NCBI RefSeq assembly: GCF_004010195.1
Contig: NC_057718.1
Location: 88,331,355-88,395,354 of the forward strand
Source: Chiloscyllium plagiosum
Lineage: Eukaryota
Direction of reading: 5' to 3'
DNA length: 64,000 bases
The translations under genes and the position numbers were made by a program. Below, piece after piece: positions 36,280 to 48,419 of this stretch; position 1 is the first letter of the stretch, and the number at the start of each line of letters is the position of its first letter. The notes beneath the pieces were generated by a model. The model was not told the DNA's origin, ran no database searches, and saw nothing but the letters and a program-made list of their open reading frames with translations.

Positions 36280-37515
36280 ACCTGACTGCATCTGTGGCTT
36301 TTCTCCCTTCCTATAATTGTCATCCATCACACCCCCCAGCTCTTGTAAATTTCTCATTGCCTCTACCTGTTCCAACTGATCCATTCGATCTGATAGGAGT
36401 CACGACTAAAGACACTTCCTGCAGACACAATTCTCAGTAACATAAACTCTCCGTAAACTCCCACATCCAACAAGAAGAGCAAATCACTCTACTAAAGGAC
36501 ATTTTGCACCTTCACAATCTATAGACCCAGAAAATAGCACCATCGTTTTGCTCTTAAAAACGAATACTGCTCCAAGCTAACTTTGTACTTACAGTTTATA
36601 TTTTTAAAATTTAATAAAATGGTGAGAGTTCGGAGATGTCCTAGTGCATGAATCACAAAAGGTTAGTACATATGTACAGCAGATAATTAGAAAACTAATA
36701 TAATTTTCTTGTTTATCGTGAGGGAAATTGGGTATAAAAATAGGGAGGTCATGCATCAATTATTGTCATCAGCAATTACTCACTGATGAACAGTATTATA
36801 CACTTAAGAGGTTCCATATCACTGGTCATGGGTTCTGTGACTCCTAGTGTGGCCAATGAGCTCAATCCTAGAGCCATATCTCCAATCGCACATTTGGTCA
36901 GTGTTTCCAGGAAGTGCGATTAGTCCTTGGCCTCAAGCTCACTGGCATGCCTTTCTCCAGTTCCTTTTCCATACTTCCTTTTAGAGTCATAGAGTCCTAC
37001 AGCAAGGAGACAGGCCCTTTGGCCCAAACTGGTCCATGCCGACCAAAATGTACATCCATGCTAACCACAAATCTCTGCACTTGGCAGTATCCTTCTAAAC
37101 CTTTCCTATCCGTATATTTATCCAAATACCTTTTCAATCTTGTTAATGTATCTGCCTCAACCACTTCCGCTGGCCGTTCATTCCATAAGCATACCACCCT
37201 CTGTTTTAAAAAAAAGTTGCCCCTCCGGTTCCTTTTTACTCTTTTTCCCTCCAACCTTAAACTGATGCCCTCAATTCCCCAACCATAGGAAAAAGATTGA
37301 GTGTGTTCACTCTATCCATGCCACTCGAGATCTTATACCCCTCTATAAGGTCCTCCCTCAGTTTTCTACTCTCTAAAGAAAAAGGTCCTAACTTGTCCAA
37401 CCTCTCCCTATAACTCAGGCCATTGAGTCCTGGCAACATCCTTATAAACTTCTTCTGCACTCTTTCCAGTTTAATAACATCCTTCCTATAGTAAGGTGAC
37501 CAAAATCGAATACAA

Positions 37516-37827
37516 TAGATTAGATTACATTACAGTGTGGAAACAGGCCCTTCAGCCCAACAAGTCCACACCGACCCGCCGAAGCGCAACCCACCCATAC
37601 CCCTACATTTACTCCTTACCTAACACTATGGGCAATTTAGCCTGGCCAATTCACCTGACCTGCACATCTTTGGACTGTGGGAGGAAACCGGAGCACCCGG
37701 AGGAAACCCACGCTGACACAGGGAGAATGTGCAAACTCCACACAGTCAGTCGCCTGAGGCGGGAATTGAACCCGGGTCTCAGGCGCTGTGAGGCAGCAGT
37801 GCTAACCACTGTGCCACCGTGCCGCCC
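37516..37827 (-). mobile_element. HE1-type SINE nested in CR1
   Basis: Reverse complement of 22286-22598. Confidence 0.9.
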
Positions 37828-39592
37828 AGGAGCGGTCTCACTAATGTCCTGTATAACTGCAACATAACTTCCCAACTTTTGTACTCAATGCCCTGACTGA
37901 TGAAGGCCAGTGTGCCAAAAGCCACCTTCACGGCCCTGTCTACCAAGTGACTGCACTTTGAGAGAACTGTGAACCTGAATTCCAAGATCCCTCTGTTCCA
38001 CTACATCCCATGAAGCTCCTACCATGATTTGATTTTCTAAAATGCAAGACCTCACACTTATCTATATTAAACTACATTTGCCATTTTTCAGCCCACTTCC
38101 CCAGCTGATCAAGGTCCTGCTGCAATTTCTGATCACCTTCCTCACTGTCCATGATACTGCCTATTTTAGTGTCATCTGCAAACTTACTAATAGTGCCTTG
38201 TACAGTCTCATCCAAATCATTGATATAGATAAAAACAGCAATGGGCCCAGCACCGACCCTGAGGCACTCCACTAGTCACAGACCTCCAGTATGACGATTA
38301 CCTCCGCTTCCTACCATCAAGCTATTTGTGTATCCAATTTGCCAGCTTCCCCTGGATTTCATGTGATCTAACCTTCCAGAGCAGCCTATGATGTGGAACC
38401 TTATTAAAGGTCTTACTGAAATCCATATAGACTATGTTTATTGCCCTGCCCTCACAAACCTTCCTGATCACTTCATTAAAGAACTCTAACAAATTTGTGA
38501 GGGATGATCTCCCACTCAAAGCTATGCTGACTACTCCTAATCTAATCCAGTCTTTCCAAATGCACATACATCTTAGCTCTCAGAATCTTCTTAAGTAATT
38601 GTCCTCCACAGATGTTAGGCTCACTGGTCTGTAGTTCCCAGGCTTTTCTTTGCAGCTCTTGTTGAAAAAGGGCACAACATTCGCTACCCTCCAGTCTTCA
38701 TCAATGGCTAGTGAGGTCCCCGCAATTTCTTCTCTAGCCTCTTGCAGTGTTCTTGGATATATTTGGTCAGGATCAGGAGATTTGTTCACCTTCATACATT
38801 TTAATACATCCAACACCACCTATACTGTGAGATGGACTGTCCCCAAGGTATTGCCACTAACTTCACCAAGTTCCCAAGTCTTTCATGACTTTCTCCATGG
38901 TAAACACAGAGGAGAAATAGTCCTTGATGACACCCATCTCCTCCGGTTCTATATGTACATGTCCACTTTAGTCCTATTTCCTCTCCAGTTATTCTTTTTC
39001 CTTTAATATACTTAAAATGCCTCTTTGGATTCACCCTAATCTTCTCAGCCAAGGTTATCTTGTGCCCCCTTTTTGCCCTCCTGATTTCCTTCAGTAAATT
39101 CCTGTATTCCCTGTATGCCTTTAGGAGTTCATTTGATCTGCCATGCCTCCTTTTTTCTGGTCAAAGCCTCAATATCTCTTGTCATCCAGGGTTCCCTATT
39201 CCTGCCAACCTTCTCCTTCACCCTTACAGGAGCATATAGACCTTAAACTCGAGCTAACTCACACTTACAGGCCTCCCACCTGCCAGAGGTCCCTTTGCCT
39301 GGAAACAAACTAATCCAATCAACCCTTACAAGCTCCTGTCTACTTTCATCAAAATTCGCCTTGCCCCAATGTAGAACTTGAACCTGTGGACCAGTTTTGT
39401 CCCTATCTGTAACTATTTTAAAATTAAAACTATGGTCATTGTTCCCAAAATGCTCCCCTACTGTCTCCTCAGTCACCTGTCCTGCCCTATTTCCCAATAT
39501 AGGTCGAGTTTTGCCCCTTCCTGAATAGGACCCTCTATATACTGCTTAAGGAAACTTTCCTGAATGCATTTAACAAATTCCACCACATCTAA

Positions 39593-39666
39593 GCTTCGGC
39601 GGGGTGGTGTGAACTTGTTGGGCCGAAGGGCCTGTTTCCACACTGTAAGTAATCTAATCTAATCTA
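39593..39666 (+). mobile_element. 5'-truncated HE1 SINE 3' end nested in CR1
   Basis: ttgttgggccgaagggcctgtttccacactgta..(aatct)n flanked by atctaag on both sides. Confidence 0.8.
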
Positions 39667-40439
39667 AGTTCTTAATGCTCTGGCAGTCCCAGTCTGTTTT
39701 AGGAAAATTAAAGTCCTCTGCTGTGACAACCTTATTGTTCCTGCAAGTCTTCCCAATCTCCCTGCATATTTGTTTCTCTAATTCCCATTGACTATTTTGG
39801 GGTGTAAGTACAACCCCAATAACGTCATCATCCCCTTCTTAGCTCCACCCACAAAACCTCACTGGATGGTCTTTCAATTATTTCATCTCTGACTATTACT
39901 GTGATACTTGCCTTAATCAAAAATGCAACTCCCACTACCAACTTTCCACCACCTCTGTTCTGCCTAAAGTACCTATACCCTGGCACATTAAGCTATCAGT
40001 CCTGTCGCTCCCTTAGCCATGCTTTTGTAATGGCTATAATGTCCCAATCCCACGTACCTATCTACGCCCTGAGTTTATCGGCCTTACCTGTCAGCACTCT
40101 AGCATTGAAATAGATGCAATTTATTCCAACAGGCATTCCTTGTTTCCTGTTGTGTTGTAGCCTGACCTGTCTCTTCAACTTACTATTTCTGATTAGTGTG
40201 TCTCCTTCCAGCCTCGCACTTGTGTTCCTGCTGTTGAGCATCTCTCCCCACCCCACCCCCCCAGCAAATCTGGCCACCAACATATTGGTTCTCCTCAGGT
40301 TCAGATGTAATCCATCCTTTTTGAACAGGTCACCTCTGCTTCAGAAAAGATCCCAAAGATCTAAAAATCTGAATCTCTGCCCCCTGCACCAATTCTTTGG
40401 CCACACATTTATGTGCCATTTCACTCATTTTTCCAATGA

Positions 40440-40775
40440 GTGTTCTTGAAAACTTGTGTCCCTTCATACAGGCGATTCCTCCAAGTTAGTTTCTTCTGAG
40501 CAAGTTGTCCTGGGTATTAATGTCTATGTTTCATTTCTTGAGAGGAACCTTCAAAGTCTTTCAAGTGCTTCCTTGATCCTCTGCTCCTTCAAGTGTCTTT
40601 CTTGAGCTGAGCGAAGACTATTTGCTTTGGTAGTCAGAACTTGGACATCCTTAGCACCTGGCTGGCCCAGCAGAGTTGGTTTCACATGTTCATGGCCTCA
40701 ATGCTGGTGCTACTGGTTACTTAAAGAACAAATGTGATGTTCGTGTACCTGTTCTCCCAGCTGATACAGAGAATT
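40440..40775 (-). mobile_element. Decayed RTE-clade LINE C-terminal fragment
   Basis: Reverse strand gives ILCISWENR, LCWASQ and HLKDFE-like segments resembling the RTE C-terminus. Confidence 0.5.
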
Positions 40776-41905
40776 CAACCACCTTTTAATCTTTTATACT
40801 CAAGGGAATACAAACTTCGTTTCTGCAATCTCCCTTTGTAATTTAACCATTTTACCCTATTTTTTCCTGAGGAACCTGTTCAGAGAATGTTGGTGAATTT
40901 ACACTGACACACAGTTCCAAATCCAATTTATCCTCCTTGAGTTGCACTGCCAGAAGTGAGCATAGTACTTCCAGTTCGTTCTGATCAGAGCTTTCTATAA
41001 CTTACCAACTACCAGTAGTAACATGGGTCATTTCCACATTTTTCATGCTGACATGCTCTGTTACACTGCTGGTTGTCAGCTTCCCAAGTTAGCAGAGCTC
41101 TCGATCTGAAATCTTGCTTTCCCACCAAATTTCAACATTTTTCTTAAAAGAATCTCCTCCACCAGCATGACAAATATTATAAGCAAGATTCCAGGCTAAA
41201 CTGCTGTCCAATTAGAAGTTGTGCCAACAATTCCTACCCTTAGCTTTCTATGAAATAGCCAATTTAGCATCCAGTTTACAATTTCCTCTTAAATCCTATG
41301 GGACTTTTGCCTTTGCTACTGACCTTGTTCTGATTTCTCCCAACAGTCATTCAACAGTCCAGTTTCAAGTTGAACTAGTGCCATCAGTTTCTTGACCTGC
41401 CTCTCAAAGGCCAAACTGACTTGGAACTATTTCCTTTGAACTCAGTAAACGTCTTTGAAGGGGCTGCCTTAGTAAAAATATTCCAATGTTTTCTCACACA
41501 CTGTTAGGTGTAATCTTGAATAGGTTCTGTACTTCCCAGAAAACCTGGTTTCTGAAAAATGAAGCAAGCGCAGCAATTTTCTCGGACTAGTTTTCTGGTT
41601 ATTGAACTGCCAAAAATTTCAGCTACAATTCTCCACTCTTGTTTAACAGAATGGTGGCCTGTCCACTGCTGTTCCAAGCGAAAATGTTGGTTGGGCATCT
41701 GACCCTCACAATACTGTTGTTTATCCTGTAAAACCTTGTTATTGCTTTCCTTTCCATTCTGTTCTGTACCTCTCTTATCTTACAGGAAATCTGCTTGCAG
41801 TTACACACAGGCAGTGGCTGTATAACAATTTCCAGGGACCGGGCGGCCATCTGTGAGTGGGCAAAGGGGAAACTGAGGACAGGGAAGAATGGAGCACAAA
41901 CGTGA

Positions 41906-41974
41906 GGAGGAATTCACAAAAGGGCAAACAGAGATCGGAGGAATTCATAAAAGGGCAAGCAGAGATCGGAGGAA
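41906..41974. repeat. 31-bp tandem duplication (about 2.2 copies)
   Basis: ggaggaattcacaaaagggcaaacagagatc / ggaggaattcataaaagggcaagcagagatc / ggaggaa. Confidence 0.9.
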
Positions 41975-42029
41975 CTTTCAATGCTCACCCACTGACATTG
42001 CATAAATAGCTGCTAATAACACTAATTGC

Positions 42030-42388
42030 TAATACCTGTTCTTGTGGCATTGTGTACAAGAGCTGCAACTTATTGCCAATCCTCCATTACTCTTGAGAAG
42101 GTGAATAGAACTTCTCCTGGAACTGATACAGCTGATGTGGTGAAGGTACTTGCACTGTCCTGGTAGCGAGGGAGTTCCAGGACTTTGTTCAAGTGCCAGT
42201 GAAGGAATGGCAATTATATTTCCAATCTGGTGTTGCCATGCATCTACAGCCCACTGTTCTTCTAGGTGCTGGAACTTAGGGTTTTTGGAGGTTCTGTCAA
42301 AGGAGCTTTGGTTCATTGATGCAACACAACTTTTATGCACCGTGGCCACAGTATACCAACAGTAAAAGAAAATAGCGATGTGGCTCAA
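42030..42388 (-). mobile_element. Old 3' fragment of the second LINE family
   Basis: Similar to 8255-8720. Confidence 0.6.
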
Positions 42389-42394
42389 AACACC

Positions 42395-42595
42395 AATGAA
42401 AGATTCAGAAGCTTGAGCACATGCTCCAGCAGGTTAAAGAACAACTTCTTCCTTGCCATTATTAGACTGGTGAATGGACTCCCTAACTTCAACTAATGCT
42501 GATCTTATTAATGCTGATCTGGTGAGCACTTGGTGTAACTTGTATGCTTTACTCTGCCCAAGTTTTTATTTCACCCTATGATCTGCATGTCTTTA
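42395..42595 (+). mobile_element. Rex1/Babar-like LINE 3' end, left part
   Basis: RFRSLSTCSSRLKNNFFLAIIRLVN matches the Rex1-type ORF end; continues at 46275-46357. Confidence 0.6.
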
Positions 42596-45230
42596 TAGAG
42601 TCATAGAGATGTACAGCATGGAAACGGACCCTTTGGTCCAACCTGTCCATGCCAACCAGATATCCCAACCCAATCTCGTCCCACCTGCTAGCACTCGGCC
42701 CATATCCCTCCAAACCCTTCCTATTCATATACCCATCCAAATGCCTCTTAAATGTTGCAATTGTACCAGCCTCCACCACACCTTCTGGCAGCTCATTCCA
42801 TACACGTACCACCCTCTGCGTGAAAATATTGCCCCTTAGGTCTCTTTTATATCTTTCCCCTCTCACCTAAACCTACTCAAATCCTCCAACCCTGGCAACA
42901 TCCTTGTAAATCTTTTCTGAACCCTTTCAAGTTTCACAACATCATTCTGATAGGAAGGAGACCAGAATTGCACGCAATATTCCAACAGTGGCCTAACCAA
43001 TGTCCTGTACAGCTGTAACATGACCTCCCAACCCCTGTACTCAATACTCTGACCAATAAAGGAAAGCATACCAAATGCCTTCCTCACTATCCTATCTGTG
43101 TGATTCCACTTTCAAGGAGCTATGAACCTGCACTCAAAGGTCTCTTTGTTCAGTAACACTCCCTAGGACCTTACCATTAAGTGTATAAGTCCTGCTAAGA
43201 TTTGCTTTCCCAAATTACAACACCTCGCATTTATCTGAATTAAATTCCATCTGCCACTTCTCAGCCCATTGGACCATCTGATCAAGATCCTGTTGCAATC
43301 TGAGGTAACCTTCTTCGCTGTCCACTACATCTCCAATTTTGGTGTCATCTGCAAACTTACGAACTGTACCTCTTATGCTCGCATCCAAATCATTTATGTA
43401 AATGACAAAAAGTAGAGAACCCAGCACCAATTCTTGTGGCACGCCACTGGTCGCTGGCCTCCAGTCTGAAAAACAACCCTCCACTACCACCCTCTGTCTT
43501 TTACCTTTGAGCCAGTTCTGTATTCAAATGGCTAGTTCTTCCTGTATTCCATGAGATCTAACCTTGCGAATCAGTCTCCCATGGGGAACCTTGTCGAACG
43601 CCATACTGAAGTCCATATAGATCACATCTACTACTCTGCCCTCATCAATCTTCTTTGTTACCTCTTCAAAAAACTCAATCAAGTTTGTAAGACATGATTT
43701 CCCACGTACAAAGCCATGTTGACTATCCCTAATCAGTCCTTGCCTTTCCACATACATATACATCATGTCCCTCAGGTTTCCCTCCAACAACTTGCCCACC
43801 ACTGAGGTCAGGCTCACCGGTCTTTAGTTCCCTGGCTTGTCTTTACCACCCTTCTTAAACAGTGGCACCACATTTGCCAACCTCCAGTCTTCCAGGACCT
43901 CACCTACGACTATCGATGATACCAATATCTCAGCCAGATTCCCAGCAATCACTTCCCTAGCTTCCCACAGAGTTCTAGGATACACCTGATCATGTCCTGG
44001 GGATTTGTCCACCTTTAACCATTTCAAGACATCCAGCACTTCCTCCTCTGTAATCTGGACATTTTGCAAGATGTCGCCATCTATTTCCCTACGGTCTATA
44101 TCTTCCATATCCTTTTCCACAGTAAATACTGATGCAAAATATTCATTTAGTATCTCTCCCATTTTCTGTCTTGCTGATCTTTGAGGGGCCCTATTCTCTC
44201 CCTAGTTACCCTTTTGTCCTTAATATATTTGTAATAACCCTTTGGAATCGCCTTAATTCTATTTGCCAAAGCTACCTCATGTCCCCGTTTTGCCCTCCTG
44301 ATTTCCCTCTTAAGTATACTCCTACTTCCTTTATACTCTTCTAAGGATTCACTCGGTCTATCCTGTCTATACCTGACATATGCTTCCTTATTTTTCTTAA
44401 CCAAACCCTCAATTGCTTTAGTCATCCAGCATTCCCNNNNNNNNNNNNNNNNNNNNNNNNNNNNNNNNNNNNNNNNNNNNNNNNNNNNNNNNNNNNNNNN
44501 NNNNNNNNNNNNNNNNNNNNNNNNNNNNNNNNNNNNNNNNNNNNNNNNNNNNNNNNNNNNNNNNNNNNNNNNNNNNNNNNNNNNNNNNNNNNNNNNNNNN
44601 NNNNNNNNNNNNNNNNNNNNNNNNNNNNNNNNNNNNNNNNNCTGAATCAGAAAATTGTCTTGTACACACTTAAGAAATTCCTCTCCATCTAAACCTTTAA
44701 CACTATGGCAGTCCCTGTTGATGTTTGGAAAGTTAAAATCCCCCACCATCACTACCCTGTTATTCTTACAGATAGCTGAGATCTCCTTACAAGTTTGATT
44801 CTCAATTTCCCTCTGACTATTGGGGGGTCTGTAATACAATCCCAATAAGGTGATCATCTCTTTCTTATTTCTCAGTTCCACCCAAATAACTTCCCTGGAT
44901 GTATTTCTGGGAATATCCTCCCTTAGCACAGCTGTAATGTTATCCCTTATCAAAAATGCCACTCCCCCTCCTCTCTTGCCTCCCTTTATATCCTTCCTGT
45001 AGCAGTTGTATCCTGAAACATTCAGCTGCCAGTTCTGTCCCTCCCTGAGCCATATTTCTGTAATTGCTATGATATCCCAGTCCCATGTTCCTAACCATGT
45101 CCTGAGTTCATCTGCCTTCCCTGTTAGGCCCCTTGCATTGAAATAAATGCAGTTTAATTTATTAGTCCTGCCTTGTCCCTGCCTGCCCTGACTGTTTGAC
45201 TCACTTCTGTTCTCAGCTGTACCTGTCTCA
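42596..45230 (-). mobile_element. Relatively young CR1/HER1 ORF2 (APE-RT-3' UTR) spanning an assembly gap
   Basis: LGLYYRPPNS..VMVGDFNFP, VDKSPGHDQVYPR and SGVPQELVLG..FADDTKIG in successive ORFs. Confidence 0.92.
44437..44641. other. Assembly gap (205 N)
   Basis: Run of n characters. Confidence 1.
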
Positions 45231-46274
45231 GGATTCCCTCCAACAACTTGCCCACCACTGAGGTCAGGCTCCGGTCTATAGTTCCCTGGCTTGTCTATAG
45301 CTCAAATCCTCCAACCCTGGCAACATTCTTGTAAATCTTTTCTGAATCCTTTCAAGTTTTGCCACATCTTTCTGATAGGAAGGAGACCAGAATTGCAAGC
45401 AATATTCCAAAAAATGGCCTAACCAATGTCCTGTACAGCCACAACATGACCTCCCAACTCCTGTACTCAATACTCTTAAGTGTATAAGTCCTGCTAAGAT
45501 TTGCTTTTCCAAAATGCAGCATCTCTCATTTATCTAAATTAAACTCCATCTGCCACTTCTCAGTCCATTGTCCCATCTGATTATAATCCCGTTGTAATTT
45601 GAGGTAATCTTTGCTGTCCACTACACCTCCAATTTTGATGTCATCTGCAAACTTACTAACTACACCTCTTATGCTTACATCCAAATAATCTATATAAATG
45701 ATGAAAAGTAGTGGACCCAGCACCGATCCTTGTGTCACAGGCCTCCAGTCTGAAAAACAACCCTCCACCATCACCATCTGTCTTCTACCTTTCAGCCAGT
45801 TCTGTATTCAAATGGCTAGTTCTCCTTGTATTCCATGAGATCTAACCTTGCTAATCAGTCTCCCATGGGGAACTTTGTCGAAAGCCTTAATGAAGTCAAT
45901 TTAGATCACATCTACCTCTCTGCCCTCATCAATCCTCTTTGTTACTTCTTCAAAAATCTCAATCAAGTTTGTGAGACATGATTTCCCACACACAAAGCCA
46001 TGTTGACTATCCCTAATCAGCCCTTGCCTTTCCAAATACATGTACATCCTGTCCCTTAGGATTCCCTCCAACAATTTGCCCACCACCAACATCAGGCTCA
46101 CTGGTCTATAGCTCCCTGGCTTGTCCTTACCACCTTTCTTAAACAGTATCACCACGTCAGCCAACCTCCAGTCTCCCGGCACCTCACCTGTGACTATCGA
46201 TGATACAAATGTCTCAGCAAGGGGTTCAGCAATCACTTCCCTCGCTACCCACAGAGTTCTCGGGTACACCTGAT
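45231..46274 (-). mobile_element. Additional CR1/HER1 RT segment in tandem with 42596-45230
   Basis: ORFs 45901-46269, 45526-45777 and 45276-45512 repeat RT motifs found at 42863-43990. Confidence 0.88.
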
Positions 46275-46357
46275 CTGGCTTACTGTGATCTGCCTGTACT
46301 GCTCACAAGTGAAGCTTTTCACTTACGTGATAACAAATCAAATCAAATCAAATCAAA
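46275..46357 (+). mobile_element. Rex1/Babar-like LINE 3' end, right part with (AAATC)n tail
   Basis: tgatctgcctgtactgctc..aagcttttcact..aacaaatcaaatcaaatcaaa. Confidence 0.55.
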
Positions 46358-47614
46358 CTGATACATTGGCAGAAGATGGTAAACATTATTACGTACCCCC
46401 CAGAACAAGATTTAAACTGTCTAAATATTCCAAACGCTGAACCCAATGAAAGTACCAACATGAACATGAATTCATGCTAATACCTAGACTCACTTGTTCC
46501 ACTGCTTTAGTTGGTGGTTGTTTCTATGTTTGGCAGTGGAAGTAAATGAGAACTTGTGTTCCCTCATTGTCCTGCTGCACGCCTCCATTTTTCATCTACC
46601 TATGTGTATATGCTCATGATTTGCTAGTGTTCCATGGAAGGGGATGTTGTCATCACATCCTGGCAATTTAACATTGACTGTACAAATACATCCTGTGGCA
46701 GCTGAGCCTTTGAGCTTGTGTCATGCTCCTTGGATAAAACGGATCAGACCTTGTGCCCTACAGGAAGCCTGGATCAGCACACATTTATTTCCTCTCTCTC
46801 CGAAGAAAACATATTTAAGTGTTTTCAGCACAAGCCAACTCTATCACAACAAATTACAAACAAAGCTAAGGATTCAAATCTCTAATTGAAGTTGGAGCAG
46901 GCTTCACATGTTGTGAACCATTCTGCTAATGGTTCTAATGGACCATGACTTCTAATGAAATAATTGCATCTTTCCAATCATCTGATTTTTTTACTTGTCA
47001 CAAGATGGTCGCCATGTGACTGCACTTTGTCAGCAAGATTCAGGCCAGTTTTTCCAAACCTTTGGACTTTTTGCAAATGAATCCCCAAATGAGAAGACAA
47101 GGGAGTAGCCAATTCCTCAGCCTTTCTGTTCAGGTTTTATACTCTTGAGGACTTTTTTTTTCTCAGCAATGAATAGTTCAGCACTTTTGAGTATGTTCCA
47201 CTGTTCCATCAGAGGCTAATTTTCTACTTCAGCACCATCTTCTCACAGAATCCTCAAGTTCTTTGAATGCCTTAGTGATTATCAATCTTTGCCTTGTATG
47301 TGCCTAATGGCTGGGCATCCGCAGCTCACTGGGGTCCAGTGTTCCAAAGATTTGCAACTCTTTAAGAAATCCCTCATTAGTTCGGACCACATAAGGCCTG
47401 CCCCTTATTCTGAGATGATGGCCTGGTCCTCCCAGCTGGCAAAAACCTTGTCAAGCCCGCTAAAATGTTTCAGTGAGATTTCCATAGATTTTTGGAAGAG
47501 TGAGAGGCAGAGATGCCTGTTCCACCCTATCTCTCCACATTGAAAATCCCACTATCCTTGCAATCAGCCTACTGAACCTTTGTTGCAGTCCCTCTAAATG
47601 AATCATTTTTCACA

Positions 47615-48330
47615 ACTACATCGTAGGATCTCAAAGGAAGTGGCTACAGAGATAGTAGATACATTGGTTGTAATCTTTCAATATTTGCTGGATTCTGCGA
47701 AGATCTCAATTGATTGGAAAATCCACACGTAACACTATTATTCAAGAAATGACGGAGACTGAAACTAGGCTGTCTAGTCCAACATTGGGAAAATACTGGA
47801 ATCCTTCGTTAAAGTGATAGTTGCAGGAATTTTAGAAGCTCTTAATACATTCCAATACAGTCAAAATGGTTATGTGAGACAGAAATTGCATTTGACGGAT
47901 TTATTAGAATTCTTTGACTATGTGACAAGCAGGATGGATATAAGGAAACCAGGAGATGGAATCTGTTTGGATTTCCAAAACACTTTGCTACATTACACCA
48001 TAAAGTAGTGTTGGGGAAGATATATTCACATGGAGGCATGATGGCTGACTAATAGGAAATAGAGAGTCAACACAAATTTGTCATTTTCTAATTGACATCC
48101 TGTTAGCGATGGGAGTGCCACAGAGACCACTGATGTGGCCTCAATTAGATACAATCTATAGTCATGATTTGGATGGAGGGACCAACTGTATGACACTGCA
48201 AATGGATGTGGATAAGGTGAGAGAGTAATAAATGGTTAGCAGACATAATATTCTGTGGGAAAATGTGACGCTGTCCACTTTGGAAGGTAGAACATTATTA
48301 AAGGGAGAGAGAGGCTGGTCTCTCATCATG
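47615..48330 (+). mobile_element. Old CR1 RT fragment
   Basis: ORF 47814-48008 (LTDLLEFFDYVTSRMD..LDFQ). Confidence 0.75.
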
Positions 48331-48419
48331 TGGGATTTATCCATCCAAATCAGTCAGAGGAGAGAGAAGCAGGGTCCATGTCACAGAGTGGTTATCAGAG
48401 CTCACCACAGTGGGAGCAA

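Larger units (their letters stand above)
32585..36600 (-). mobile_element. Near full-length decayed CR1/HER1 LINE (ORF1 esterase-like; ORF2 APE and RT)
   Basis: ORF1 remnants SIVMGHSLVRG, VFCLPVARI and VIVHIGTNGIG (SGNH-like); ORF2 remnants EHFGASDHN, VPQGAMLCPLLFVIYINDL and KFADHTK; 3' UTR near 32585; interrupted by a SINE and a PLE. Confidence 0.9.
36983..40420 (-). mobile_element. Long decayed CR1 LINE (different subfamily)
   Basis: INCIYFNARVLTGKADKL (APE start), EHFGNNDH, NLLEFFNEV and YINDLDE..KFADDTKIG; 3' UTR at 36983. Confidence 0.88.

Noticed and set aside
44147..44962. 271-aa ORF, the longest in the track
   Set aside because: It is CR1 endonuclease sequence that is only continuous because it runs through 205 Ns.
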